Shown here: positions 48,501-57,663 of the stretch, one piece after another
Numbering within the stretch: the stretch's first letter is position 1
How the letters are laid out: each line of letters starts with the position of its first letter
Source: Methanobacteriota archaeon
GTDB taxonomy: Archaea; Thermoplasmatota; Poseidoniia; Poseidoniales; Poseidoniaceae
Assembly: GCA_002722135.1 (NCBI GenBank)
Contig: PBKJ01000027.1
Location: forward strand, 6,968-70,967
DNA length: 64,000 nucleotides
Reading direction: 5' to 3'
Notes under the pieces: model-generated
Told to the model about the DNA's origin: nothing
Seen by the model: the letters and a program-made list of their open reading frames with translations, nothing else
Database searches by the model: none
Program-made: the position numbers and the translations under genes

Positions 48501-49019
48501 CGACGCGCCGACCGTCATCCTGCTGTTTCTTTCGTCGTTGCTTGGATTGTCGTCCGGTGTGGCCGACAAGATGTTCACTTGGAGGGAGTGATTGCCCGCG
48601 TAGGTTGGGGTGAATTGGAACTTGACGGTGCCGCTTGATGCGCCAGACACGCTGTTGAGCGGTTCCGTCATGTTCACGATTTCAAACCGCTCGTATTCAT
48701 CGTGAAGCACGAGGAGCCGCACATCGGTCACCGGTGAGGATGTTGTCCCTTTGTTTTCGATGGACACGTCAAGTTCGATGGGCACGTTGACCACGCCATC
48801 GATCACGTACAGGCTTGCAGGTCGATTGAACCCAGGAATTGGATGGTTGGAGGAAAACATCCGATACTTCCCCTCATCCGCGGACGTGGAGTAGGAAAAC
48901 GCAAGATCTCCAACCGACAGGTCCACGCCACTGGAACGGCCCTCTGTGGCTTGTGTCAATGGGGCTGATGCGGCCAACAGCAGACACATGAGGACGGTGG
49001 CCGTCAACCGTTGCCGCAT
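45534..49019 (-). CDS. Large surface protein with CARDB/NEW3-like Ig domains, TM anchor and Pro/Trp-rich tail
   Basis: Signal peptide; repeated V.N.GN..D, LP.GW units; TM then RRK; GLPEGWTMEQWEHYG tail. Confidence 0.8.
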   Translation of the reverse strand: MRQRLTATVLMCLLLAASAPLTQATEGRSSGVDLSVGDLAFSYSTSADEGKYRMFSSNHPIPGFNRPASLYVIDGVVNVPIELDVSIENKGTTSSPVTDVRLLVLHDEYERFEIVNMTEPLNSVSGASSGTVKFQFTPTYAGNHSLQVNILSATPDDNPSNDERNSRMTVGASYWNCDTLQNWTATGEWSLSTDTSISFGTSCHVGNGDASTYSANSISRLTSPTLNFADGLTFGTRTMGLSFFYTGSVVAPDRVSVEAKTSTGAWEELIGYSGTVDQDFLTDGASWNTFSIESGGHVSPVIPLAPARHLHANSAFRWTLNTDASVQDIGLWMDEVVILYDQAARSEAYGVQVQGLGTTGAVPGAWGSVDLRILNDGNISTDIVPGVEGLPAGWDTYTTFMDGSSVPASGFNLLPGTSMDVSVRIKPDANATVGLVPMTFNATTDHPDVYATGPVGFTVLADRLPVLQEPESRPSCPAQQSCPFVVTLGNQGGASDVFDLSIDTALLPTGWDVAFAWSQASSMLVRPGEEVEIDLLLTVPAGAQPDTVHTSTLTATAQNDTTRSDTIDVDVAASMVTELDFTLSSGFTPVEAGTTTVLTVDVQNLADRPDILSVTAELSDDSTEWTIESLSRTSAVMTAGATVSVSITLRAPAGLLANDVAPDVRLVMESDRSGMSVQSPWWVGPDVVEVREIDMTADVEMLRLMPGVATGVHVNVTNLGNADVDLDLIVDGLPSSWSTWWRVNEENISMPVQLTTLQHADQPLSLELMLLAPTNAPAGSPVTLGLQALDGSEEQSRHDFEVLVLPVRKPGLELESTMTAVRAGDTVSINGTVMNLGNAPDSDVFIEVTVRSTQDLTEMVTFLSIDDGSGLALDTPHVIGLGTGSERTFQLDLQVPAAAPLGTRIVVEVKVQGGLDDENRPYTLEMSHLVEVDQRREVGVNWIVPNAQAALGGSHQLTVEYASSSSFEENLSMTFSYPPEWAVVCDGIGALGPETAAYVSLEAGHIVTVERNIGCTVVQNGGPAMGEIAVTVVTDDGVELVTTPTTLSWEEPVEPEGFNGTVIAFGGGGLLLLAAGITVLLMRRKHDQHLGEDGSEPTPSGPPVSASGPPATVAQTVHAEHPVQQHRGPPLPETGLPEGWTMEQWEHYGPQWLAQQQPDNQ

Positions 49020-49087
49020 GACCTGAGAACACCGCTGACCTATTTATCGGGCGCGGCGATTTTCGAGGCTCATTTTTGCCAAAGCAG

Positions 49088-49903
49088 TCAGGATTCAACC
49101 ACGTCTGCTGCTTCGGCTTCAGCCAATTTAGCCTCGTCCGCTCGCTCACGGCGCCGGGACACGGCATAGATGGCAAAGGCAGGGAGAAGCACGATGGCGA
49201 AGCAGGCAAAAACAGCGGTCAGCGCCCATACAAACTCCGATGCCACATCGACGGTGAACGGAACCACAGGCCCGAGTTCTTCGTTGACCATTTCGATGGT
49301 CAGCGTCGGCGTTGTGCTGCGGTTGCCGGGTTCAACGATGGTCACACGAAGCACCGCTGAGCCGTGCCGGTTGTTCACGATCTCGGCGGCCATCTCCTCT
49401 GCTTGTTCCTGGCTTTCAGCCACAACCGTTCCGTTGGAGCGGGCACCGGGTTCCGTTACGGCGAGGCCGCGATACACGGCATCACCGTCTTGTTCGTCCA
49501 ACGTTGTGCTTTCATTGCGTTGGCAATCTTCGGAGCAGGAGAAATCGGTGGCATCTTCGGCGCCCAGCAACGAATGCGTCCAAAGGCCAGCTGCATCGAA
49601 CACGGTCAACGTCGCACCAGGCGCCAGTTCCTGCGCCGTGACGTTAACCCATGTGAGGTTGTTGCGATCGATGGTCACGTTCGAGGACCATGTGGTGGTG
49701 GAATCCTCTTCGTCGTACTCGCGCTCGAAGCTCATCCCATCGTCGCTGGATTGGGTCGTGGACGTCGCTTCGGTGGTGTACGTGTAATACGCCGTGTCAA
49801 TGGTGTTGGCGTAAACGGCGTACGAGAGCATGAAAATGAGGGTGAATGATAGGCCGAGAAGGGTGCGCAGGAGGTTCGGGTTTTGAGCCAGCGCCTTCCT
49901 CAT
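49088..49903 (-). CDS. Hypothetical membrane protein (N- and C-terminal TM)
   Basis: Two TMs flank an acidic ectodomain; TTGAAC about 27 nt upstream of ATG 49903. Confidence 0.65.
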   Translation of the reverse strand: MRKALAQNPNLLRTLLGLSFTLIFMLSYAVYANTIDTAYYTYTTEATSTTQSSDDGMSFEREYDEEDSTTTWSSNVTIDRNNLTWVNVTAQELAPGATLTVFDAAGLWTHSLLGAEDATDFSCSEDCQRNESTTLDEQDGDAVYRGLAVTEPGARSNGTVVAESQEQAEEMAAEIVNNRHGSAVLRVTIVEPGNRSTTPTLTIEMVNEELGPVVPFTVDVASEFVWALTAVFACFAIVLLPAFAIYAVSRRRERADEAKLAEAEAADVVES

Positions 49904-50030
49904 GCTGTTTTGGTCTTCCCCACCGTTCAAGAACATGTTCACAACGCCACAGAACAGGGGCGACGCTCGCGGGTCTTGTCCCGTCGCTTTCATATAGGGG
50001 CGTTCGGTCGCCCGAATGCTCGGTGTTCCT

Positions 50031-50522
50031 ATGACGACGTATCACGACGTTCCCGCGGACATGTTCATCCCCGCTCTGGCCGACCGGCTGGGGGACGTCG
50101 AGGCCATCGTGGCCCCAGAATGGGCCGCGTACGTCAAGACCGGAGTGACGCGTGAACGGCCCCCCACGCAAGAGAACTGGTGGCACCTCCGCGCGGCCGC
50201 GGTGCTTCGCAAAGTGGCCCGACGAGGCCCCATCGGCATCACCGCGCTCTCACAATCCTTTGGTGGCTACAAGGACAACGGATCCATGCCCAACACGCCA
50301 GCGGCCGGTTCGCGACACGTCATTCGCACCGCGATGCAGCAGCTCGAAGCAGCGGGCTTGGTCGAATTGGTCGAGCTCAAGCCCACCGAGAGCGTGGACG
50401 GCGAACAGATGCTCTACAAGGGCCGCGTCATCACCGGAGCCGGCCAGAAAATCATGGACGAAGTCGCCCATGCTGTCCTTCCGCAAGCCCTGGAGGCCTA
50501 CCCGGGCCTCGACAAGTACTGA
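50031..50522 (+). CDS. rps19e: 30S ribosomal protein S19e
   Basis: PEWAAYVKTG..RERPP...NWW.LRAAAVLRK, IRTAMQQLE.AG. Confidence 0.95.
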   Translation: MTTYHDVPADMFIPALADRLGDVEAIVAPEWAAYVKTGVTRERPPTQENWWHLRAAAVLRKVARRGPIGITALSQSFGGYKDNGSMPNTPAAGSRHVIRTAMQQLEAAGLVELVELKPTESVDGEQMLYKGRVITGAGQKIMDEVAHAVLPQALEAYPGLDKY

Positions 50523-50531
50523 GGTGAAATC

Positions 50532-50687
50532 ATGTCCAAGATCAAGCCCACTGCAAAGAAAGCCCGCCTCATGAAGGTCGGCAAGCAGAACCGCCGCGTT
50601 CCCGTTTGGGTGATGCTCAAGACCAACCGGAAGACGGTCAGTCACCCAAAGCGCCATCACTGGCGCCGCAGCAAGCTCCAGCGATGA
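50532..50687 (+). CDS. rpl39e: 50S ribosomal protein L39e (not in ORF track)
   Basis: [60 protein letters not shown]. Confidence 0.95.
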   Translation: MSKIKPTAKKARLMKVGKQNRRVPVWVMLKTNRKTVSHPKRHHWRRSKLQR

Positions 50688-50696
50688 GGTGTTTTC

Positions 50697-50972
50697 ATGG
50701 TTCGTGCAGCAGTTTCTGAACTCACAGTTCCTTTGCGCAACGCGTGGAACATCACCCGATACAAGCGCGCGCCCCGCGCCATCCAAATCATTCGGAATGA
50801 AGTCATTCGACACCTCAAGGTGACCCCAGAGGAAGAGATCTACATCGACCCCTCTGTGAACGAGCACATCTGGGCACGAGGCATCGAGAACCCACCTCGC
50901 AAAATCAAGCTCCAAGTGACCCGTCACGACGAGCCTGACTTCCCAATTGAGGTAACCCTCGCACAGGAGTGA
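50697..50972 (+). CDS. rpl31e: 50S ribosomal protein L31e
   Basis: TVPLR, KRAPRAI, VNEHIWARGIENPPRKI. Confidence 0.95.
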   Translation: MVRAAVSELTVPLRNAWNITRYKRAPRAIQIIRNEVIRHLKVTPEEEIYIDPSVNEHIWARGIENPPRKIKLQVTRHDEPDFPIEVTLAQE

Positions 50973-50977
50973 TTCGC

Positions 50978-51169
50978 ATGGGCAACATCCGACCGAGTTT
51001 CATCAAAATCCGCGCCATCGCGCTCGTCGAGCAACACGGCGAGAAGTTCACCGAAGACTTCGACCACAACAAGCGCATGGTGCAGCAGTTGACCGACGTC
51101 GACTCCAAGAAGCTCCGCAATTGGATTGCCGGCTACGTCACGCGGTACCGCCAGCGACGAACCGACTGA
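50978..51169 (+). CDS. rps17e: 30S ribosomal protein S17e
   Basis: MGNIRP..IK, FTEDFDHNK, SKKLRNWIAGYVTR. Confidence 0.95.
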   Translation: MGNIRPSFIKIRAIALVEQHGEKFTEDFDHNKRMVQQLTDVDSKKLRNWIAGYVTRYRQRRTD

Positions 51170-51178
51170 GGTCGGTCC

Positions 51179-51400
51179 ATGACCCACCACATCCGCGTCG
51201 ATTGGGCGCAGGATCCTGTCAGCCTTCACGCCGAATCGGTTGATCTGCTGAACCAACTCTTTGCAATCCTCCGTGAACAGCACGGCCTCAAGAAGCGGTC
51301 CATTCCAATGCCCGATCACGAAAACGGCGGATTCGTGGCTTTTCTGTACGCTCCCATCGATCCCCGGGTGCTGGCGGCGGCCATCGAGGAGGTCGCTTGA
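51179..51400 (+). CDS. Small hypothetical protein
   Basis: 73-aa ORF with GAGGT SD, abuts the trmJ start. Confidence 0.6.
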   Translation: MTHHIRVDWAQDPVSLHAESVDLLNQLFAILREQHGLKKRSIPMPDHENGGFVAFLYAPIDPRVLAAAIEEVA

Positions 51401-52240
51401 ATGGGTCAGCGGAGCGACATACCTCTGCCCACCGATCCATACCGGTTTACGGTGGTTCTCGTCGGAACATCGCATGCAGGTAACCTCGGTGCCGTGTGCC
51501 GCGGGATGCTGAATCATGGCTTTGATCGCCTCCGACTGGTCCATCCACAATGCGACATCGACGACGAGGCGCGGAACCGAGCGAAACATGCGGGTCGTAT
51601 CCTCGACGATGCCGAGATCTACAGCACGCTTGACGAGGCCGTGTCGGACGCCACCTTGGTGGTGGGCACGTCCGGCAAGCGGGAGCTTGGGAGGAAAACG
51701 GTGTTTCGCCACTTCATGTACCCGTGGGACCTCGCGAGCCGAATTGAAGGGGGCGAAGGGCATGTTGCGCTCGTGTTTGGAGAGGAAGGAAAGGGCCTCT
51801 CACATGAAGACCTGGAGCGTTGTGACGTGCTGGCCACCCTTCCGACCTGGGAAGGTTACCCGATTGCAAACCTCAGCCATGCCGTGACGATTTTTCTCTA
51901 CGAACTCCATCGAACTCGGGTGTTGCAGCGGCAAGGTCAAGATCCTGCTTTGCCAAACGTCGTTCCGCTTGAAGTTCGTACCAACCCGCAAATCAGGCAA
52001 GCGTTCCGTGACAGCGTCGAACAATTCTCTGAGGTCCTTCCTGGTCTCGAAGAGCGACGCGTCAGCGTTCGTCAAGCCCTGAACCGAATGGCCGCTCGTT
52101 CAGCCGTATCGGACGATGAGATGACACGGCTTCTTGGGGCGTATTTGGATGCGACCACCGCCTTGCAGCGCGTGTCCGGCGATGAGGCCTGGTCGAAGCA
52201 TCGCCGCCGTCGACTTCCATCCCGGCAGGACGAAGATTAG
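51401..52240 (+). CDS. trmJ: tRNA 2'-O-methyltransferase, TrmJ/LasT (SPOUT)
   Basis: GNLGAVCRGM.N.G, VFGEEGKGLS.E, YPIANLSHAV. Confidence 0.88.
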   Translation: MGQRSDIPLPTDPYRFTVVLVGTSHAGNLGAVCRGMLNHGFDRLRLVHPQCDIDDEARNRAKHAGRILDDAEIYSTLDEAVSDATLVVGTSGKRELGRKTVFRHFMYPWDLASRIEGGEGHVALVFGEEGKGLSHEDLERCDVLATLPTWEGYPIANLSHAVTIFLYELHRTRVLQRQGQDPALPNVVPLEVRTNPQIRQAFRDSVEQFSEVLPGLEERRVSVRQALNRMAARSAVSDDEMTRLLGAYLDATTALQRVSGDEAWSKHRRRRLPSRQDED

Positions 52241-52686
52241 GGACGGTACGTCGCCCAAGACTTCGGCGTTTCCCGGACATGCAGTGCTTCCAACCGAAGG
52301 CGGTCGCCGTAGCTTTCGTGCAACGCCTTGGCAACCCGAGCGTAGGCCCAGGCCGCCAGATGCTCGGCCGTTGGAGGAAAGGGAAGGATCACCGTGCGGT
52401 GATCAGGCCCCATCGCTTCGCACGCCGCTCGTCCCGCGGCATCTGTATCTTGGATGAGGAACGCGTGATCAACGACATCATGAATTTCTTCGGTGAGGAT
52501 GCGGGATACATCGCTGAAATCGAGGACCATGCCGTCATCTGGGGCCTGGGGATCCCCGACCAATTCGCCACTGATTTCGGCCTCGAATCGGTATCTGTGT
52601 CCATGGAGATGGGCACACTTGCTGCTGTGGTTTGGCACACGGTGGCCGGTGTCGGTTTCGACCCAACGGCGTATGGTGGTCGTCAT
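52237..52686 (-). CDS. queD: 6-carboxytetrahydropterin synthase
   Basis: GHR, CAHLHGH.Y, GMVLDF, DHAF, PTAE, ETPKS. Confidence 0.92.
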   Translation of the reverse strand: MTTTIRRWVETDTGHRVPNHSSKCAHLHGHRYRFEAEISGELVGDPQAPDDGMVLDFSDVSRILTEEIHDVVDHAFLIQDTDAAGRAACEAMGPDHRTVILPFPPTAEHLAAWAYARVAKALHESYGDRLRLEALHVRETPKSWATYRP

Positions 52687-53078
52687 GATTCATCCTCCTC
52701 AAAGGTCAGGCACACGGAATTGATGCAATACCGTTCTCCTCCATGCTGTCGTGGCCCATCGTTGAAGACATGCCCCAAATGAGCATCACAACCGGAGCAC
52801 CGGACTTCTGTTCGTACCATGCCATGCGAGCGATCCTCGATGCGCACGATGTTCGCCTCATCTGCTTCGGTGTGGAATGCAGGCCAGCCGCATCCGCTGT
52901 GGAATTTGGAGACAGAGGTGAACAGAACTCGCCCACAACACACACATCGGTACGTGCCCTTCCTTGATTCGTTCAGCAAGGCACCGGTGTACGGCCGTTC
53001 GGTGCCTGCTTCGCGCGTGACGTGGTACACCAACGGTGGGAGCAGCGCGCGCCATTCCTCTTCGGATTTCGTGATCAC
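52683..53078 (-). CDS. msrB: Peptide-methionine (R)-S-oxide reductase
   Basis: [32 protein letters not shown]. Confidence 0.96.
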   Translation of the reverse strand: MITKSEEEWRALLPPLVYHVTREAGTERPYTGALLNESRKGTYRCVCCGRVLFTSVSKFHSGCGWPAFHTEADEANIVRIEDRSHGMVRTEVRCSGCDAHLGHVFNDGPRQHGGERYCINSVCLTFEEDES

Positions 53079-53863
53079 AGTTGACCCTCCTCATGCTCGC
53101 GTTGAAGGGCAAGGGCGTGTTCGAGCACATCTGGCCAAGGACGAACGTATGGAATGGGATCCACACGGCCGATTTCATGGAACGCCAGGATACGTTCCAC
53201 GTCCGATCCCGTCGTACCCAGCGATCGACCGTCAGGGTCAGGTGCATAGGACGTCAGCGTGTTCGACAGAACGGCGTCAAAGTCCAATCCTAATGCGTCA
53301 CAGGACGAGAGGCCGTCTCGGAGGATGCCTGCCTTGTCGGTATGGAGGTAAGGCAAATCGAAGTTCACGTGTTCTGCGTCCCAATTCCCAACCTTGAACG
53401 CGTGTTCGATGGCGGTGTAGAACGCTGGCCGACAGTCGGGGTAAATCGCATGATCGCCGCTGTGGACCCCCAGTGCAATCCTGGCGTGGCCCTTGTGTTG
53501 TTTTGAAAGGCTGAGGGCCGTGGCAAACAGCAGTGAACTGAAGATGGCGTTTCTGTTTGGTACCACGGTTTGCTTCATTTGTTCCTCGGCATAGTGGCCT
53601 TCTGGCATCGCTGCGTCGTGGTTGGTCAAGGATGAATCGAGGGCACTCATGGCACTTCTGAGATCAACGAGGTTGTAGGTGACGTCATGCCCATGCTTCT
53701 GAAGCAACTCGACGTTCCGCTGAGCGAGTTCGAGTTCCCGTCGATGCCGCTGGCCATAATCGATGCCGAGCGCTGTGACGGCGTGTCCTTCAGCCAGGAG
53801 CCGGAGCAACAAGCACGTCGAATCCATGCCGCCTGAGAGGGCCATCACAGCAGGTGGTAGCAT
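53075..53863 (-). CDS. queC: 7-cyano-7-deazaguanine synthase
   Basis: [34 protein letters not shown] coupling to queE. Confidence 0.94.
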   Translation of the reverse strand: MLPPAVMALSGGMDSTCLLLRLLAEGHAVTALGIDYGQRHRRELELAQRNVELLQKHGHDVTYNLVDLRSAMSALDSSLTNHDAAMPEGHYAEEQMKQTVVPNRNAIFSSLLFATALSLSKQHKGHARIALGVHSGDHAIYPDCRPAFYTAIEHAFKVGNWDAEHVNFDLPYLHTDKAGILRDGLSSCDALGLDFDAVLSNTLTSYAPDPDGRSLGTTGSDVERILAFHEIGRVDPIPYVRPWPDVLEHALALQREHEEGQL

Positions 53864-54459
53864 CAATCCACCCCCATCCACTTGTGCGTTTGTAGGGAAA
53901 GGCGCCATCCTTGTGCTTGCTTCACGAGCGCCTCCACTGCGGCAAATGCACGCCCGTTTGCTTCAACGGTGTCCGTGTCGATGTAGCAAGGTTGGAGGAA
54001 CAAGTGATTGAATCCCGATTTGAGGTCGTCGTACATCGCTAGATCTTGGCCGACGTAGACCACCTTGAGTTCGTCACCTACCGTTTGTCGGATTTTGACG
54101 TCAGGATACATCTGATCTTTCGGAGAGACACAGATCCAATCGATGATGGGGTCAACTTCAACGGTTCCGTTCGTTTCGATGGACAGTGAGCATCCCGCTT
54201 CCTTGAGCACACGCCCGAGCGGGGCAAGGTCCTGAAGCGCAGGCTCGCCGCCGGTGAATATGACACGTGAGCATTCGTAGCCAAGCACCTGGTCCACGAT
54301 GTCATCGAGTGCCATGTCCTCATAGGTCAGAAAATCAGTGTCGCACCACGAGCAGCGAAGGTTGCAGTTTCCAAACCGGACAAAGACGTGTGGGATACCC
54401 GCGTGGTACCCTTCACCTTGAACCGAATGGAAGATTTCGACGATCGGATAGGTGACCAT
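53863..54459 (-). CDS. queE: 7-carboxy-7-deazaguanine synthase (radical SAM)
   Basis: EIFHSVQGEG, CNLRCSWCDT, TGGEP, IETNG, LSLQTHK. Confidence 0.94.
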   Translation of the reverse strand: MVTYPIVEIFHSVQGEGYHAGIPHVFVRFGNCNLRCSWCDTDFLTYEDMALDDIVDQVLGYECSRVIFTGGEPALQDLAPLGRVLKEAGCSLSIETNGTVEVDPIIDWICVSPKDQMYPDVKIRQTVGDELKVVYVGQDLAMYDDLKSGFNHLFLQPCYIDTDTVEANGRAFAAVEALVKQAQGWRLSLQTHKWMGVD

Positions 54460-54469
54460 TGCGGACACC

Positions 54470-55039
54470 TCAGGGCTGTGCACGTCGGATGAGCTGCATG
54501 ACTTCGGAGCGCGCTTCCGCCTTATCGAAGAACACACCCCGCATGGCGCTTGTTGTCATCGTGGCGTTTTGCTTCATCACGCCACGGCAGCGCATGCAAC
54601 CATGGTGGGCTTCGAGAATGACCGCTGATCCAAGGGGTTGCAGGTGGTGTTCGAGATCGTCAGCAATGGATTTGGTGATGCGCTCCTGATTCTGCAATCG
54701 ACGTGCGTGCAAATCGACCAGTCGAGCTAACTTGCTGATGCCCACAATGCGATCGACCGGAATGTAGGCCACATGCGCGTGACCAGAAAACGGTTGCAGG
54801 TGGTGCTCACAGGTGCTGTGGAATTCGATGTTGCTCAGGAGCACGATCCCGTCGTAGCCTTCGCCGTTGAAGGTGGCTGTGAGGATGGACGAGGCATCGC
54901 CCTTGTACCCTGCAAAAATTTCGTCCCACGCTTCAATCACGCGTTCTGGCGTACGGTCCGTTCCTTCGCGCCCTTCGTCGCCCTCGAGGTAGTTGAGCAG
55001 CGTTCGCACAGCCAGTTCGGCCTCATCGCGGGAGACCAT
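54470..55039 (-). CDS. folE: GTP cyclohydrolase IA (bacterial type)
   Basis: TPERV, STCEHHL.PF.G, GISKLAR, RLQNQER, HGCMRCRGV; alternative GTG start 55042. Confidence 0.94.
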   Translation of the reverse strand: MVSRDEAELAVRTLLNYLEGDEGREGTDRTPERVIEAWDEIFAGYKGDASSILTATFNGEGYDGIVLLSNIEFHSTCEHHLQPFSGHAHVAYIPVDRIVGISKLARLVDLHARRLQNQERITKSIADDLEHHLQPLGSAVILEAHHGCMRCRGVMKQNATMTTSAMRGVFFDKAEARSEVMQLIRRAQP

Positions 55040-55215
55040 CACGCATCGCCTCCTCGACGCCCGGCACGCATGTCCACATCATCCAAATGATCCAGCATCT
55101 TTCTGCAGGCGGTACGGATGGCATCGGCCAGGCTCACGAATTTCCCATCATCGCCGACGTGCTGCTCAAGGTCGCTTTTCAGCTCGAGTGGCATGTCGAG
55201 TGACACCTTCGGCAT
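55039..55215 (-). CDS. Ribbon-helix-helix (CopG/MetJ/NikR-N-like) regulator, 58 aa (not in ORF track)
   Basis: MPKVSLDMPLELKSDLEQHVGDDGKFVSLADAIRTACRKMLDHLDDVDMRAGRRGGDA; stop overlaps the folE start. Confidence 0.8.
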   Translation of the reverse strand: MPKVSLDMPLELKSDLEQHVGDDGKFVSLADAIRTACRKMLDHLDDVDMRAGRRGGDA

Positions 55216-55230
55216 GCATTGCGCTGCCCA

Positions 55231-55255
55231 CCTGTATTCTTAGAGTATTCGCAGG
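55231..55255 (-). promoter_or_regulatory. Candidate promoter/operator of the RHH-folE-que operon
   Basis: GTATTC direct repeat at 55234-55239 and 55245-55250 (11-bp period) straddles the TATA position and is bracketed by CCTG...CAGG. Confidence 0.4.
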
Positions 55256-55259
55256 CTAT

Positions 55260-56453
55260 TCACGAAGGGCTGAGCACCAGGTCCTCCCGGTTGAATTGAC
55301 GCTGAGCGAACCAGAGGGCCGCACCTGTGTAGATCATGGTCGTGCTCAACCACACGACGGTATGGACTGGATCCACCTGATCCAACAACAGCTCGCGCAT
55401 GGCCAACAAGACGTTGACCACGGGTACTGCAAACCAATACGTCTCAACGCCATCGAGGTTGATGAACTGGACCACCACGGCCGGGATGATCACTGCAAGG
55501 CTCGCAGGAGCCAGCAATGCGCCTGCTTCTTTCACGGATTTCGATCGAATGGCGAGGGCGAGTTCACTGGCCACCACCATGACGGAATACGCGAAGATGG
55601 CCACCGACAACAGAACAAGCGCTCCGAGACCGACTTCGGGCGTGGACAGAAGGCTCGGACCTGCAAGGAAGGTCAGCGCAAACATGAGGCCACCCAACTG
55701 CAACACCACGCCGACCAGCACAATGGTGGACACCGCAGCCCACTTGCCGGCCAGGAGTTCCCAACGCCGTGCTGGAGCGCAAAGTAAGGCCTCCATGGAA
55801 CCACGTTCACGTTCACCGGCCGTCATGTCGATGGCCGGTTGGACGCCACTCGTCACGACCCAGACGGTGATGATGAGTGGGATAAAGGATGAAAGCAACC
55901 ATCCCTGAACCTCACCTTGGGATGCCAAATCCTCGGACGTTGGATCGTAACGGACCGGGTCAAGGGTCGTTGATGCGTTCAATCCACCCTCTGTGACCCG
56001 CCGGTTTCGCTCCGACTCTTCCCATTCGGACAACGAAAGCAGGGCTCGCTGACGTGCATCGGCGCTGAGGCTCGAGGTGGACAGATGGCGAAGATGGAAC
56101 TCGTAGACATCTCCCGTTTCGTTCCAGTGGACCACGAGGTGCACCGAGCCGTTTCGAACCGATGCGTCATCCACGGTACGGTCGTCCACAGGACCGGCCA
56201 AGGACACGACGACCGACCGGTTTTCCAGGTCACGAACCAGATCATCCGGGACGTTTTCCCCCCTGAACAAGACCTCGACCTCAGTTGCCGCCAATTCTTG
56301 GGCCTCGCCGCCAATAACGAGCGGAAGTCCGATGAAAAGAAGCGGAAACAGAAGCAACGGCACCAACACCATCGTGAGGATCGTGCGCCAATCCCTGACG
56401 AAATCCAGCAATTCGCGTTGAGCGATGGCGAGGACCCTTCGCTGAGCGTTCAT
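55260..56453 (-). CDS. ABC-2 transporter permease (NatB-like)
   Basis: RELLDFVRDWRT, AIDMTAGERERGSMEALL.AP, LLAGK, KSVKEA. Confidence 0.88.
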   Translation of the reverse strand: MNAQRRVLAIAQRELLDFVRDWRTILTMVLVPLLLFPLLFIGLPLVIGGEAQELAATEVEVLFRGENVPDDLVRDLENRSVVVSLAGPVDDRTVDDASVRNGSVHLVVHWNETGDVYEFHLRHLSTSSLSADARQRALLSLSEWEESERNRRVTEGGLNASTTLDPVRYDPTSEDLASQGEVQGWLLSSFIPLIITVWVVTSGVQPAIDMTAGERERGSMEALLCAPARRWELLAGKWAAVSTIVLVGVVLQLGGLMFALTFLAGPSLLSTPEVGLGALVLLSVAIFAYSVMVVASELALAIRSKSVKEAGALLAPASLAVIIPAVVVQFINLDGVETYWFAVPVVNVLLAMRELLLDQVDPVHTVVWLSTTMIYTGAALWFAQRQFNREDLVLSPS

Positions 56454-57220
56454 GGCACAGCCTCCATACCGGCTTGGAATTCCGGCGTCGCCTCCTTGGT
56501 CAGCGCAAGGTAGAGCTCCTCCATCGACGCTGTGTCGTGTTCTTTGAGCAGCGCATCGACACGCCCATCCGCTACAAGCCGAGCGTTGTGCATGACCATG
56601 ACGCGTTCACACACGCCTGCAGCCCGAAGATCATGTGTTGACCAAACGACGCCTCGCCCCTCATCGACGAGGGATGCAATCAACGCTCGGACCGCCCTTG
56701 CGCTGGTGATGTCCAATCCCGCCGTTGGTTCATCCAAAAGGAGCAATTCTGGCTCATGGACCAGTGCACGTATCAGGGCTGTTTTCTGGCGCATTCCACG
56801 ACTAAATCCCTCTGTTCTTCGGTCCAATGCGCCCCCCAGTCCCAATTGAACCGCCAATGATTCGCTCTTTTTTCTCGACACATCGTCACGCATCCCGAAG
56901 AGACGCGCATGGAATCGAATGTTTTCCCACGCCGTCAGGCGAAGGTGGAGGCCTGTTGACTCGGTCATGACGCCGATCCGTTTTCTGTGCAGCGTCAAAT
57001 CGCCGTCAGCGAATTGGGCTGTTCCGGCCGTCGGACGGTAGACGCCTGCCAGCAACCTCAACAGCGTGGTTTTTCCGGCTCCGTTTCCGCCGATGAGGGC
57101 GGTGCTGGTGCAGCGTTCAATGTCCGCAGTAACGCCATCAACGGCGACAACGTCACCGAAGATTTTGTTCACATCCCTCAAGGCGACGAGGGGTGCTGAA
57201 CGGTCATCGTTGGACGTCAT
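56450..57220 (-). CDS. ABC transporter ATP-binding protein (NatA-like)
   Basis: GGNGAGKTT, FSRGMRQK, LLLDEPTAGLD, STH. Confidence 0.92.
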   Translation of the reverse strand: MTSNDDRSAPLVALRDVNKIFGDVVAVDGVTADIERCTSTALIGGNGAGKTTLLRLLAGVYRPTAGTAQFADGDLTLHRKRIGVMTESTGLHLRLTAWENIRFHARLFGMRDDVSRKKSESLAVQLGLGGALDRRTEGFSRGMRQKTALIRALVHEPELLLLDEPTAGLDITSARAVRALIASLVDEGRGVVWSTHDLRAAGVCERVMVMHNARLVADGRVDALLKEHDTASMEELYLALTKEATPEFQAGMEAVP

Positions 57221-57654
57221 GCGTGTTCTTCCTTTGTGGCCAATTCAACCAAGACGCCGCCCGTTGACTTGGGGTGCACGAAGGCAATGCGCATTCCTCC
57301 AGCGCCCTTGCGCGGGGTTTCATCGATCATGCGTACGCCGTTGGCCAAGAGGTGCTGAATCATGCCTTCGAGATCGCCAACACGGAAACACACCTGCTGG
57401 ACCCCTGGGCCTCGACGTTCAAGAAATCGTCCAATCGGCGTATCGGGGCCGGTGGGTTCGAGAAGTTCGATTTTCGCAGGGGGGCGCTGCTGGCCTTCAT
57501 CGGTGGCGAAGAATCGTGTGGTCACGCCTTGGTCCTCGACGCGTTCATCATCTGCGCCTTGAGTGAGCCCAATCAAGGTCCAAAACGGAGAGTCATCCAC
57601 CAAACTCTCGGTTGCAATGCCGATGTGATCAAGTGTGATGGGTCCAAAGCTCAT
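57217..57654 (-). CDS. mce: Methylmalonyl-CoA epimerase
   Basis: DHIGIA, KIELLEP, GAGG..IAFVHPKSTGGVLVEL. Confidence 0.93.
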   Translation of the reverse strand: MSFGPITLDHIGIATESLVDDSPFWTLIGLTQGADDERVEDQGVTTRFFATDEGQQRPPAKIELLEPTGPDTPIGRFLERRGPGVQQVCFRVGDLEGMIQHLLANGVRMIDETPRKGAGGMRIAFVHPKSTGGVLVELATKEEHA

Positions 57655-57663
57655 GCACATCCC

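Noticed and set aside
52237..55215. Dpd-type 7-deazaguanine DNA modification or defence island
   Set aside because: No dpdA/tgt-like gene, helicase or nuclease in the window; tRNA archaeosine supply is the simpler explanation.
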